This document shows, piece after piece, positions 36,921-50,055 of a stretch of 64,000 nt of DNA. This DNA comes from Callorhinchus milii. Its lineage: Eukaryota. The stretch covers positions 11,844,001 through 11,908,000 of the forward strand of contig NW_024704743.1 in the NCBI RefSeq assembly GCF_018977255.1, given 5' to 3'. How positions within the stretch are numbered: position 1 is the first letter of the stretch; every line of letters begins with the position of its first letter. A program made the translations under genes and the position numbers. The notes under the pieces were generated by a model. It did no database searches, was not told the origin of the DNA, and saw nothing but the letters and a program-made list of their open reading frames with translations.

Positions 36921-38079
36921 TAATTATTAATCTTGTGAAGATGAATAAACTAATAGACCTACAATTGACATCAGCGCCCCAGGCTGGGAGCCAGTAAGCA
37001 AGAGAAAGTGACCGTAAGTGTGGTTGAAGCGATGGATTTTTAGGTGGGATTTAAAGATAGATGCGGTGGGTTAGGTGGAAGGGAAGGAGTGCTCGAGGTT
37101 AATGGCATGGTAGCTGAAGGCTCAACCACTGTTGGTGGTGTGGGAGAGCTGGAGCAGGCTGTCTGGAGGGGATGAGTTGGGGAACTCTAATCTGAGGACT
37201 CTGTAAGGACAGGACGAGGCTTAGTATCAAGTGGTTGAGCAGCCTAGAGAGCACTGAATATGTGGACTCAGCTATCCCAGGAAGTGGTGGAGCCAGATTC
37301 AGGAGGGAATCAGATAGCAACAAAATCAATTGAGGGGCAGAGGTGTTCCATTTGTTGCATATTGCATTAAGACTAAATTGACAATTGGACATTGACCAAT
37401 GAGAAGCAAGAGGAAGCATAAAAGGATTCAGGGACAGGGATTGGGCAGAGGATTGAAGTGTAGGGTTGAAATAAAGGATTTATTGAAGTTAAACTGTGTT
37501 GTGGATTGACAAACAATACAGTGTGTCAGCCTGGCTTGGTGGTACTAATCTTGCCTCTCAGTCAGAAGGTTGTAGGTTCAAGCCCCTGCCTGATGGGTGA
37601 TTTTATCAGCCTGAGACCATTTCAAACTTTGGGCTGCCAAAGCATCCTCCCTCTCAAGGCAGCAGCAGGAACCAGTGGTTGGGAGGAAAGGAATTAATGC
37701 TGGCCGTTGCTGCTGTGTGTCACATCACCAGACCGGCTTCAAGCCCCCTCCCAACTCTACCAAATGTATGGTCCCATTGGAGGAAGAAATAACAAATCGC
37801 TAATACAATGAGTTGAATGGTCTTTTGCTGTACTACAGATTTCTATGGTTCTACGTCTTAGATCAGCTAACTCAAATCTAGGGCTTTTTATTTACAACTT
37901 TAGGGCACATTTCATATTATGCAGTGGGTTTAGTAACTGAGTCATTGGGGGAGCAGAAGTAAGGTGTGAAGAGGCCACAGAAGCATTTGAATCTAAGGAT
38001 AGGAATTTTGAATTCAATCCACTGGGTGTGGGGAGCCAGTGGTGCACAGCGAAGACAAGAGTGTTTTCAGTGCGTGGGG

Positions 38080-38322
38080 AATGGAGTGGTGTAGGAGAGG
38101 AAAAAGAGAGGGTTATAGAAGAGGGGTATAGAAGAGAGGAATAGAGGGACGTAGGAGAGAGGAAGAGGGGGAATAGAGGGAAGTGGGAGAGGCGAATAGA
38201 GGGGTGTAGGAGAGGGGAATATGAAGTGTAGGAGAGGGAAATAGAGGGGGAGAGGAGAATAGAGCGGTGTAGAAGTGAGGTGTAGCAGAGGGGTGTAGGT
38301 GAGGGGAATGGAGGAGTGGTGT
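38080..38322 (+). repeat. Purine-rich degenerate tandem repeat, unit about 22 bp (GAGGGGAATAGAGGGGTGTAGGA)
   Basis: Directly visible. Confidence 0.85.
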
Positions 38323-40037
38323 ATCGATTATAAACAGTGGCACAGACTAGCTGGGCAAACAGCCTGTTTCGTTGCCATATCACTCTTTGTAACTCTATGT
38401 AGCTGCATTAAAGTTTATTTTTCAATATGGAACTGAAAGAAGATCCAAGATTGTTACACTCAATAAAAGGACATCTTGAGATGTTTGTAAAAGAGCTTTT
38501 CTGCTCTGTAACAAAACAGCCAGTGAATTCACTGAAATGATCTCACTGTTATTCTCCCCCAGCAGGTACATTTCACAAATCGGTCCCTGTGCACTTTGAT
38601 AATTTTAATGCAATGTTAACTTATGAATTACATTGCATTATGATTGTAAAATTAAATTACGCTTACAAAATTCCATTCCTGTTACTGCTAAGAGGAGGGA
38701 GTTTCTCCCAGTGTTCTTGCCAACAATCCCCCACGTTTGATTGAAGATTCACTTTGTGGCTGTTTGCGGGACATTGCTGTGTGCAAATTGGCTGCCACGT
38801 TCGCCTACAAAATATAGTCAGTATTCTGTGCCCCTCTATTTCATCTCCTACACCCCTCTATTCCCCTCTCCTATACCCTCTCTATTTATAGTCAGCTTTA
38901 CAGTGAATCCTGTGAAGCGCTTTGAGACATTCTCCTGATGTGAAGGGGGTTGTATCAAAAGCAATGATTCTAATAATAATAATCATAGACATGGTATATA
39001 GTAAGTGTAGTATGCTTGGAAGAACCAGACACATTGGATCTAAGGTTCCAAAAGCTTTCCACTGTGTGGTAGACAAATCCATACAAAATTAATTGCTATC
39101 AACATCTCCATTATTGTAGCATGCGACTACCAGGAAAGAAGAATGCAAACTATATGGACTTTGATCTCTTTTTGTCTAGCAATTCCTATGTTTCTAATAG
39201 TAATATAATAAAAATATAATAATAATATAAATTACCATTTATCCTTTACAACAATGGCCTGGTCGGCACTGCTCATGCCAGTTAATAATAATACAATGAT
39301 AATCCTTACAATTGATACAAAACAGCCTTTCACATCAGGAAATCTTAGGGCACTTCACAGGATATACTGTTAACTCATTTAAATATAGGAACAGGAGAAG
39401 GCCATTCATTCTATCAATTTATTACATCATAACAGGAATTTGAATCCCATTTCCCAGTCTTGTCTCCACACTCTTTAATGCCCGCACTTTCCAAGTATCT
39501 ATCCATCTCGTTTTTAAACATCCCTATTGATTCTGTCTCCAATAATAATGATCTTTACGTGTGATAGAGCGCCCTTATGATGTTGTCGAGACATCTCAAA
39601 GTGCTTCACAGGATATACTATAAAGTGGAGTGACTGTATATTTTGTGGGCGAAACACAACAGCCAACTTTACGCACAGCAATGTCCCACAAACAGTGAAT
39701 GACCACTTTTATTGGGGATTGTTGGCCAGGACACCGCAAGAAACTCCTTTCTCTGTTCAAAGGATCATCGTCATTCTCTGTATAACAAATAACCAGTGTG
39801 CAAAATTGGCTGCCGCGTTCACCCACAAAGCACACAGTCACTGAACTTTACAGTATATCTTGTGAATCACTTTGGGACGTCCTCCTGACATAAAAGGTAT
39901 TATACCGAATGTAAGAATTATTATTATAATAAAATAGTTTGTTCTAGTCTTTGATATGAACTTCATTCAGCAAATTTTATGCAGCAATGCAAAATATTGA
40001 TACTCATAGTATTCGGAGTGAGTGGCACCATTATCAC

Positions 40038-41940
40038 TACAACAACAACAACAACAACAAGATTCCATTTATTGAGTGCCTTTCACGTCGGGAGGACGTC
40101 CCAAGGCGCTGTACAGTTGGGTCAGGACCCGAGCAAGGGGGAAATGGTCAGGGTGAGGGGAGGGAAGGGAGGGAGCGAGGAGGGGGTAGAGAATCGAGAG
40201 GGGAGCTGAAGGCACGGTCAAAGAGAAAGGTCTTGAAGGAGGAAAGGAAGGAGGCGGCGAAGGCACTGGGGGATAGAGTTCCAGAGCCTCGGGGCTGAGA
40301 GGCTGAAGGCCCGGCCACCGATAGTAGGGCAGTTGGGGCGGGGGATGTGGAGCAGACCGGAGCCAGAGGAACGGAGGGTACGGGCGGGTAGGTAGGGGGA
40401 TAGTAGGTCGGAGAGGTAGGAGGGAGCAAGGCCGTGAATGGCCTTGTAGGTGAGGATGAGGATCTTGAATTCGATCCTCTGGGGGATGGGGAGCCAGTGG
40501 AGGTGAGCGAGGGTGGGAGTGATGTGGTCCCGAAGCCTGGTGCGGGACAGTACACGAGCTGCAGAGTTCTGAATGACCTGCAGCTTGTGGAGGGAGGTGC
40601 GGGAAGGCCGGCGAGGAGAGAGTTCCCATAGTCCAGCCTTGAGGTGATAAAGGCGTGGACCAGTGTTTCAGCCGCGTGAGGGGTGAGATAGTGCCGTAGT
40701 CTGGCGATATTCCGGAGGTGATGGAAGGCGGTGCCAGTTGTGGCGCAGATATGGGGGAGAAAGGACAGCTCAGGGTCGAACAGAACCCCGAGGTTCCTGA
40801 TTGGCTTTGAGAGGTGGAGAGTGCAGCCTTGGATGCTGATGGTGTCGGCGCCTGAGGTGCGGAGGCGCTGATGCGAACCAATCAGGAGGGCCTCAGTTTT
40901 GCGTACGTTGAGCTGGAGAAAGTTATCTCTCGTCCAGGACTCGATGTCGGACAGGCAGCTGTCAGGACATCGGTGGTCGTGGAGTTGAGGGTAGAGGAGG
41001 AAAGGTAGAGTTGGGTGTCATCCGCATACATGTGGAAGTTAACCCCATGTCTGCGGATGATGTCACCAAGGGGGAGCATATAGAGGGTGAAGAGGAGGGG
41101 ACCGAGGACAGAGCCTTGAGGGACACCGCACGAGACAGTGCGGGGGCTGGAGGAAAAACCATTTGTGGAGACAAAGTGAAGACGGTGGGAGAGGTACGAC
41201 CTAAACCACTCAAGGACAGTGCCTTGAAGGTTTAGGTGGGAGGACAAGCGGTGGAGGTGGATAGCGTGGTCGACCGTATCGAATGCTGCCGATAGGTCGA
41301 GGAGGACGAGGAGGCAGAGGGAGCCCTGGTCACAGATGGTCAGGATGTCATTGGTGACCTTGACCAGGGCAGTTTCTGTGCTATGGGCAGCACGGAAACC
41401 CGATTGAAGGGGTTCGAATAGTGAATGGTTGGAGAGGAAAGAGCGCAGCTGGGAGGCGACAACTCGTTCCAGGACCTTGGATAGGAAGGGGAGGTTGGAG
41501 ATGGGCCGGTAGCTTGATAGCTGCGACGCATCAAGGGAGGGTTTTTTTAAGGTGGGAGTGATGGTGGCAGTTTTTAAGGGAATGGGAATAGAGCCAGAGG
41601 AGAGGGACAGGTTGACGATGTCTGTGATATGTGGGGCAAGGAGGTGGAGCTGGGAGATAAGGAGTGGAGTGGGGATGGGGTCAAGGGAGCAGGTGGTAGG
41701 TTTCAGGGAGAGGATGAGTTTGGTGACAGAGGATGGGGAAACGGGTACGAAGGTGTGTAGGGGAGGATGGGTAGGAGTCGGAGTGTGGGAGGGAAGGGGT
41801 GGGTGGTGGGTGGATGTTGGAGGGGAAGTGACCGCGGAGCGGATTCCCTTGATCTTGGATTCAAGGAAATCCAGCATCTCCTCGCAGTGAAGGTTGGAGG
41901 AGATGACCTGCGCGGGGTGGCGGGGGGGACGGAGGAGTTG
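40038..41940 (-). mobile_element. Young L2-clade LINE, about 1.9 kb, 5'-truncated, RT domain with frameshifts
   Basis: [72 protein letters not shown]; (AAC)n tail at the left end. Confidence 0.95.
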
Positions 41941-43499
41941 GGATGTGGTAGAGAACAGTAGCCTGGGGTTGTCTTTCTAGACATAAAAGCTAAGTATAAA
42001 TTTATGGACAAGTCTCTAGGGCCTTCTGGGGCAGTGCACTCCACAACTTTACAAGCTTCTTGATAAAGAAATGTTTTCTGATCTCTCTTTGAACTGCCTT
42101 AACACATGTCCCTTTGTTTTGGATTCATCAGTATTTACATCAAAATTTCTTAAAGCTTCACAGGTTTTTCACTGGTGTCAGAATATGTTCAGCCTACTGT
42201 GTCTCAGTAGTCCAGTTCTTGAGCCAGGCAGATCCACAGTACTGCAAGCCACTGCTGAATACAACCCAGCCAGCATGGCTCATTAGCAGAACCTGGAGGG
42301 GCAGAAGGCATGGTCAAAGAGGAAGGTCTTTAGATGGGACTTGAAGGAGGCAAGAGATGGGGTGAGGCGGAGGGATTGCTGGATAGAGTTCCAGAGTGTG
42401 GGGGCAGAGATGCTGAATGCCCAACCACCAATTGTGAGTTTATAAATGTTATAAAATAGCTCATATAAGACATTTCTCGACAGAACCCTTCACACTTCGC
42501 TGCTAAAAGCAATCTAATGCCTCCGTTTCGTCATTGTATTTTACAACTGACCCCATTGGCATTGCACAAAGACTTTCATGCAGTAGTTCTGTCTTTGAAT
42601 CATAACTTAAAAATAAATTTGTTTGAACCCATTTCCCCACTGCCTCTCCTAATAATAATAACAATAATAATAGTAATAATTCTTGCATTTCATATAGAGC
42701 CTTATCATGTTACTGAGACATCTCAAAGCGCTTCACAGTACTGTAAAGTCAATTGACTGCATTATGTGAACAATTTTATTTGGGGGAATTGTTGGCCAGG
42801 ACACTGAGAGAAACTCCCTTCTCTTTTCGAATAGTGCCATGGGATATTTAACGTCCACCTGAACAGGCAGACTTGGTTTAATGTCACTGACAATACAAAA
42901 CACCATGAGCATTATGTCAGCTTAGATTATGTGATTCCACCCCCCAATATGGGGCTTGAACCTATAACCTCAGAGGCGAGAGCGCTACCACTGCGCCAGG
43001 CTGATACTCAAATATCCCTATTTTGTATCCGATATTAATCCTTGCATTTGATCTAGCACCTCGTAAAGACAAAACTTCTGAAAGTATGTGTTTTGTCGGT
43101 GAATACAATTTGCACTCACCATATTCCAACAAACAGCCATGACGTGAACAACCAATTCTTTTTACCTGAGGCAATGTTGGACACAAGGCTCTTAACAGGT
43201 ATTACAATTTTTATTAACACATTGTGGTGGATCTTCACCACATTTGGCAACAACAAAAAAACACACTACATACCACAATCCCTGTTGTCCCTGCCTTTCT
43301 TGCCAGCTCCACTTTACTGCCAGTAGGAGGCACCCAACCATGCTCAGGATATGTGAGGCTTCCCTCAATCTCTGGGTGGCAGCACTTGGTCCTTGTTTCC
43401 TTTCCTCTTTATCCTTGTACAAACAATGCCTTTACAAAAGGAATTTCACCAAATGGCATTCATTGTCCTGAGACCACACTTAATGAATGAAAAAAATGA

Positions 43500-44645
43500 A
43501 TGGGGGAGGGGGATGGGGAGGTGACCATAGGCATGGTTCAATAGGAAGGTCTTCAGTTGCAACCTGTAGATAGGGAAGGAAGGGGCAAGGAGGAGGGATA
43601 GAGGAAGAGTGTTCCAGAGCTTCGGGGCGTAATGGCTAGAAGTACAGCCACCGATGGTGGAACAGAGGGCGTGAGGAACATGCAGAAGGTGGGAGCCAGT
43701 AAAGCAGAGGCAGCAGAGTTTTGGATCAGCTAGATCCACCTGTGCATGGTGGAGCTGGGGAGAACAGCAAAGAGGATATTTGAGAAGTCGAGTCGTGAGT
43801 TGATGAACTCATGGATGAGTGTTTCGGCTGTGTCTGCGGTAAGGTACAGTCGAAGGCGGGTAATGTGGCGGTGGTGGAGGAAGGTGGGCCTGGTCAGGGA
43901 CTGGATGTGGGGAAGGACGGGCAGCTGTGGGTCGAACCTAACGCCTAAGTTGCACATTGGTTCTGTAAGTCTGAATGATAGGCTGTGGAGGTTGAGGAGT
44001 TCAGAGCTGCAGGATAGAAGACGTTGACGGGAGCCAATAAGTATAGCTTCCATCTTGTCAATATTGAGTTGTAGGACATTTTCGCTCATCCAGGCCCTGA
44101 CGTCCACCAAACAAGCCAAGAGAATCATCGGCGGACCTGGAGTTGCAGCTGGAAGAGGAGTAGATTTGTGTATCATCTGCATACATGTGCATCACCCCTC
44201 TGGCTGCCGAAACCCTCATACATGCCTTCATCACATCCAGTCTCAACTATGCCAACTCCCTGCTTGTCGACCTTCCCAACTCTTCCTTCCACAAGCTGCA
44301 GATCATCCAGAACTCTGCAGCTCGTGGCCTCTCGCAAACCAGGCTCCGTGACCCTATCACCCCCACCCTTGCACAGCTCCACTGGCTCCCCATCCCTCAG
44401 AGGATAGAGTTCAAAATCCTCATCCTCACCTTCAAGGCCCTCCATGGCCTTTCCCCTTCCTACCTCTCCGACCTGTTAACCCCTTATGAAACCCTGCCCC
44501 ACCACCCCGACTGTTCAGCACCTTGGATCGTCCTCCCAACAGGAAAGGTGCTTTACAAATGTAATATTGTATTATTTTGTTTGTGGAAGTTTACCCCATG
44601 TCTGCGGATGACATCGCCAAGAGGGAGCATATAGATGAGGAAAGG
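43500..44645 (-). mobile_element. Older L2, interrupted by an opposite-strand L2 fragment (44190-44581)
   Basis: Host reads [14 protein letters not shown] when the insert is removed; TGTG at both junctions. Confidence 0.8.
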
Positions 44646-47600
44646 CCTTGTCCAGCATCGGAGGACAGGCCTTGAGGCCTTTCTGCCCCCACGGTCTGGA
44701 ACTGAATCCAGGGCCCCTCGGCCTCGCCTTCTCTTTATCTCTTCAAGGCCCATCTCAAGACCTTCCTCTTTAATCACGTCTTTGGTCATCTTCCCACCTC
44801 CACTTCACCGGGCTTCTGTCCCTCTTGATTCCAGACCCCAGCTAGGGTACAAACCCTTCATTGTCCAGGTCCTTGGGATGACCTAAAAACATGAGAATGT
44901 TCCCAACGTCCCTAGGATACAGCAGCTTGGCGTTCTCGACAGACACAAGTGGAACAGAAGTTAGCCACTGTGAACCATACAAACGTGTCAGCCTGGAGCA
45001 GTGGGCAGCAATCTTGGCTCTATCAAAAAGGTTGTGGCTTCAAGCCTCATGTCGGGACTCTGAACTCACAGTCCAGGCTGACACTCGTATGCAGTGCTGG
45101 TGGTGTCCTCATTGTCAGTGGTGCCGTCCTTTGGATGAAATATTAAACCAAAGTCCCACTTGCCTGTTCAGGTGATCATGGCGTTATTTGAAAGAGAAAG
45201 GAGTTTCTCTCAGTGTGCTAGACTTATGTCTAGTACATTTACAACATCAAGTCTCACAAACAGCCACAAACTGATCAACCATGATGATCACCACTGTAAT
45301 TTGTGGTGGAGAGGGTGGTTGTTGCTTTAACACCATGACAGATTCCCCACCCCCCCCTCTCCTTTACTTTTTGAATAGGTCCATGGGATCATTAACAAAG
45401 GTTGCGCGTTCAAGCCCACATCGGGACTTTGAGCTTGCAATCTCGGCTCACGTTCCGGTGCAGTGATGGGTGTGTGTGTGTGTGCTGGAGGTGCTCATCC
45501 TTCAGATGAAACATTAAACTGAGGTCTGTACCCATTCATATGGATTTTAAAGATCCCACAGCACTACACAAAACGAGAAGAGAATTTCTCCCGGTATCCT
45601 GGCCAGTAATCCCCCAGATAAAATTGTTTGTTCACTTCATGGGCAGTTTGTGAGACATTGCTGTGTGCAATAAAATCCTGTGAAGTGCTTTGAGGTGTCT
45701 CAAAAACATGACTAGGAAGGACAAAAATAAGATTTTTTTACATTAAAAAAATTGGGAAGGAGCTTATTAGAAAACATCAATAGAAAAGATCAGAGGCCTA
45801 AAGTTGCATTTATCCTTAGCCTGTAAGACCATTTTGTCTTAATATTTTAATGAATTGTGGAAATTTAAAAAAATTTGGATGCTGATTTATTTTTAAAAAC
45901 TGGCTTCCAAATTAATGCTGAGTCACAAGGCTGTGGGTTCAAACTCCACATCAGGACTTTGATCAGGACTCCCAATCCCTCAGAGGATCGAATTCAAGAT
46001 ACTCGTCCTCACTTTTAAGGCCATCCATGGCCTTGCCTCCTCCTACCAACCTGCCCGCTACCTCCATTCAGCGGGCTCCGGCCTGCTCCTTTCTGTCCAC
46101 ACACTCTGGGACTCCATCCCACAGTCCCTTCACCTCACTTCCTCCCTTGCCTCCTTCAAGGCTAGCCTCAAGACCCTCCTCTTTGATTGTTCCTTCAGTC
46201 CTCCCAACGTGAAAGGCGCTAAACAAATGTAATCTTGTTGTTGTTGTTGTTTAGTCACCCTCCCACCTCTCTGCCTTCTCTCACCCCTATCCCACTCCTT
46301 CCCCATGCTTGGATCCTGATCCTTGACTGTCCAAGGCCTTGGGACATCCTCCCGACGTGAAAGGCACTCTGTAAATGTAATTTTGTTGTTGTTGTTGTTT
46401 GAACTCACATAGTCTAAGCTGACACTCCAATGAAGTCCTGGGGGTGTGTTGCATTGTCGGAGGTGCCATCCTTCCGATAAGACATTAAACTGAGATCCCG
46501 TCTGCCTTTTCTGTTGGGCATTAAAGATCCCATGGTGCTATTCGAAAACAGAAGGGAGTTTTTCCCAATAGCCTGAACAAAATAAAACTGGTCATGGGTG
46601 TTTGTGGGGCATTGCTGTGACCAAATTCGCTGCCACATTAGGCTACAAAATAGTCACTTTATGGTAAACCTGTGAAGTGCTTTTAGGAGAAGTCCTCCCA
46701 ATATGACAGTCACTATAGCAAATGCAAGGCTTATTATATATTATTATTATTTCTGATGCTAAATAGATGCATTTAAGAGGAAGCCAGACACGAGGAGATA
46801 AGCTTTCACGTGAACAGAATAGAAGGGTGTGGGAGGGAGAAAGGAATGGCTGAAGACTCGTGGAGTATAAACACCAGCAAGGACTGGATGATCCGAATGG
46901 CCTGTTTCCATGCTGTACATTCTTTGTAAATTCTATCCTCTTTAAATTCTGTCGGTGTGAGACAGTGACGGAGCCAGGTGATGTTGCAGAGGTGGGGAAA
47001 AGTGGAACGGGTCATGGCACAGATATGTGGGGTGAAGGACAGTTGAGGGTTGAATAGGACACCGAGGTTCCATATTGGCTCTGTGAGGTGTAGAGTGCAT
47101 CCATAGGGGGTGATGCTCTCAATGCCCGAAGTATGGAGGGGCTGACGGGAACTAAACAGGAGTGCCTCAGTCTTGTTGACATTCAACTGGATAAAAGTTA
47201 GTTCTCATCCAAGACTTGATGTCCAACAGGTGATCTGTGAGGACAGCAGTGGTCCTGGAGTTGTATGTTTATTGCTGCCTCACACTGTTTTGATGCAGTG
47301 AGCAATGAGTCAACTAACACCCTAGGTCTCTTTCAGCTTCTTCTTTGGCTAATTCAATCCCATCCATGAACAGGATTGGATTTATCAGTATTAAACTTCA
47401 TTTGCCAGCCCATGTGCAGACCCTAGCAATTTCCCTTTGTAGGACAGTTGCTGCTTCCCATGATTCCACAGCTCCCCATGGAAATTCCAGAGATGTTTGT
47501 TGGAATGTTTGCGCACTCTCTCACTGGATGGATGCATCCTGTTTACCTAATTCCCAAAGAGTATTAGCCGCAGGTTGGAAAGACCCAACCACAGACCTGC

Positions 47601-47829
47601 AGATCCATTCTAACATTCTGTTGCCAAACATGTTACCTTGGAGCCAGTTTACCAAGTTAGTGGTGACCCTTAAGCTAGAATGACCATACTTCCCTGATTT
47701 CTGGTGACAGTCCTGCATGAAGTATTGTGTCCCTGGGGACAAATTTGCCCTGTCAAGTTCAGCAACAAACTGAGCAAGAACAATAAAAATCTAAAACAGA
47801 TAGCAACAGCTTGCATCTCACACAGCATC

Positions 47830-48335
47830 TTGCGTCTCATATAGTTCCCCTCATGCAGGGTGGTGTCCCAGAGCGCTTGACAGTGGCGGAGCATAGCTCT
47901 GAGCTGGGGGGAGATGACCGTAAGCATTGTCAAAGAGGAAGATCTTCAGTTGTGATCTAAAAGAGGATAAGGAGGGGGCTAGGCAGAAGGTTTGGCGAGA
48001 GACTTGAAAAGTTTGAGGGCACAGTGGCTGAAAGCGTGGCCGCTAATGGTGCAGTGGAGGGGATGAGGGACAAGCAGGAAGCCAGAGGGATGAGGGACAG
48101 AGCCAGCCAAGCGGAGGCAGCGGGTAGTGGTGTGGGAAGAAAGCAGATCAGAAAGCTAAGGAGGTGCTGGGGTATTAAGGGATTTGTAGACGTGTGTCAG
48201 GATCTTGAAATCGATTCGTTTGGCGACAGGGAGCCAGTGGAGTCTGACTAAAACCGGTGTGATGGGGGAACGGAGTTTAGTGCGATTGGGTGTGCGGGAG
48301 GCAGAATTCTGTATCAGTTGTAGTTTGTGGGTTGT
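47830..48335 (-). mobile_element. Older L2 3' fragment
   Basis: Similar to the copies at 17546 and 61160. Confidence 0.7.
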
Positions 48336-48429
48336 GGGTTGTGGGTTGCTGTTGTTGTGAGCTGACAGATAGCTTTTGTTGTTATATAGTCTGTAAAAGG
48401 AGATCAGATCCTGAGGTTTGAGAACTCCA

Positions 48430-49260
48430 AGCCAGGGTTTGTGGCCACCCGCTTGGCCGGGGGTGGGGGATGTCTGTCTGCTTTACCGGTCCGCGCGGTG
48501 GGTATCACTCCACGGGGTCAGCGCAGTGGCTGTGTTTTTGCAAAAAAATAGCAATAGCAAAAAAAACTAATGCAAAAGGCATTCCTGGGGGAGGGGGAGG
48601 GGGGGGGAGGGGGGGGAGGGGGGGGCGAGAGGCGGGGGGGAGGGGGGGGGGAGGGGGGGGGGGGGGGGGGGGGAGAGCGAGGTGGGGGGGGGGGAGGGGA
48701 GAGCGAGGTGGGGGGGGGGGGAGAGAGCGAGGTGGGGGGGGGGGGGGAGGGGGGGCAATGGGATGAGAGCGGTGTGAGGTGCAGACAGTGAGAGTGGGAG
48801 CAGACAGCCCGGGGGGAGGCAGTCAGACAGAGGGGGACACGGGCTCTCCTGTGTGTCACATCACATCAATCAGATCAGATCAGATCAGGGGACTAATTCC
48901 TGTGAGAGCTCCCACTGACAGGGCTGTGATCCGGTCTCTCCAACATGGCCACCGTGATGGGAATTATACAATCATAACTTTGCAAAAACGCCTTTATTTC
49001 ATCCGCCCTCACAACCACCCGCTCACCCTCCCGCCACTGCCCATAACAACTCACACATTCTCTCCGGGGAGAAGGTGCGAATTCTACAGCAGGACGTGCG
49101 GCAACTGCGATTGCTCAAACTGACTCTCTCCCCCCTCCCTTCCCTCCCCCCCCCCCCCTCCCTCCCCTTCCCTCCCCTCCCCCCCCCTCCCCAGTCAGTC
49201 CCCTCCCTCTCCCCCTTATAACGCGTGTGGTGGGGGCCTGTGACTGGCTGTCTGAGTGCA
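48430..49260. promoter_or_regulatory. Candidate GC-rich promoter, possibly bidirectional
   Basis: Repeat-free with locally retained CpGs; poly-G tract about 48586-48756, poly-C tract about 49125-49215, YY1-like CAACATGGCC 48941-48950, TATA-like TTATAA 49216-49221. Confidence 0.55.
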
Positions 49261-50055
49261 GGGAGGACCTGACCTGAGCCGCACAGCTTTGCTGTGTTGT
49301 GTGTCAGTGTAAGTGAGAGAGAGAGAGAGAGAGATCTGTGGAGGAGAAATTTCTACACTTATTTTTGTAACCAGTAAGACTTCTTCAAAGGCAAAAGAAA
49401 CAAACACTCGGTTCCTTCCCCCCTCTCCTGCCTTCTCTTTCTATCTAAATTCAGGCTTTTTTGTTTTTATATATACATAAATTAATCCCCTATTCCTATT
49501 TGGGATCGACAAAGTTGTGGAACTACAGTACAGTACATCGACAAAAAGGAAGACTGCGTTTTTTTTTCCAGTTGGATTTCTGCTCGAGGAGAGAAAGAAG
49601 ATTTTTTGGATTATAAAATGCTTTCTTGAACGAAAGGAGGAGAGAGAAAGAGCGAGAGAAGGATTTTGCCTGAAAAAAATAAGGTTGACGTTTTTTTTCT
49701 GAAACTGGTTGCTTCTACCTTCAGCGAGACGTGGCTCGCTCCGGGTTTCAGGGGTGGAGAGAGGAAGAGGAAAAAGGAAGAGGAAAAAAGGACTCTTCAG
49801 TTTCCAACAGGAGTCCTGAAAGGTCTCTTTTGCTGTTCAATTCTTTTCCAATAGGAGCCTAAAATATAAAGTTAGCCACTCTATGTGCGTGTGTGTATAT
49901 TATATTGTATATATATGCCCACACCAGACAGCTTTGCTTTCTCTGGGAATTGGCAGGTGAATTTGAAGTCCCTGAAAACACCAAACACAACGAGTTTCTC
50001 CTACTGACGTTTGGGATCATGAACACCAAAGCTTCACTGTTCTAGGATTTAGAAG
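49245..50055 (+). other. Candidate long non-coding first exon (5' UTR) of a downstream gene; start position estimated
   Basis: Unique sequence after the promoter-like region ending at a strong donor AAG|GTGAGT (GT 50056-50057); only short ATG-initiated ORFs. Confidence 0.45.

Noticed and set aside
48470..48859. Gly- or Pro-rich ORFs as the first coding exon of KMT2C
   Set aside because: Products of G homopolymer runs; the MSSEED-type KMT2C N-terminus I recall is absent
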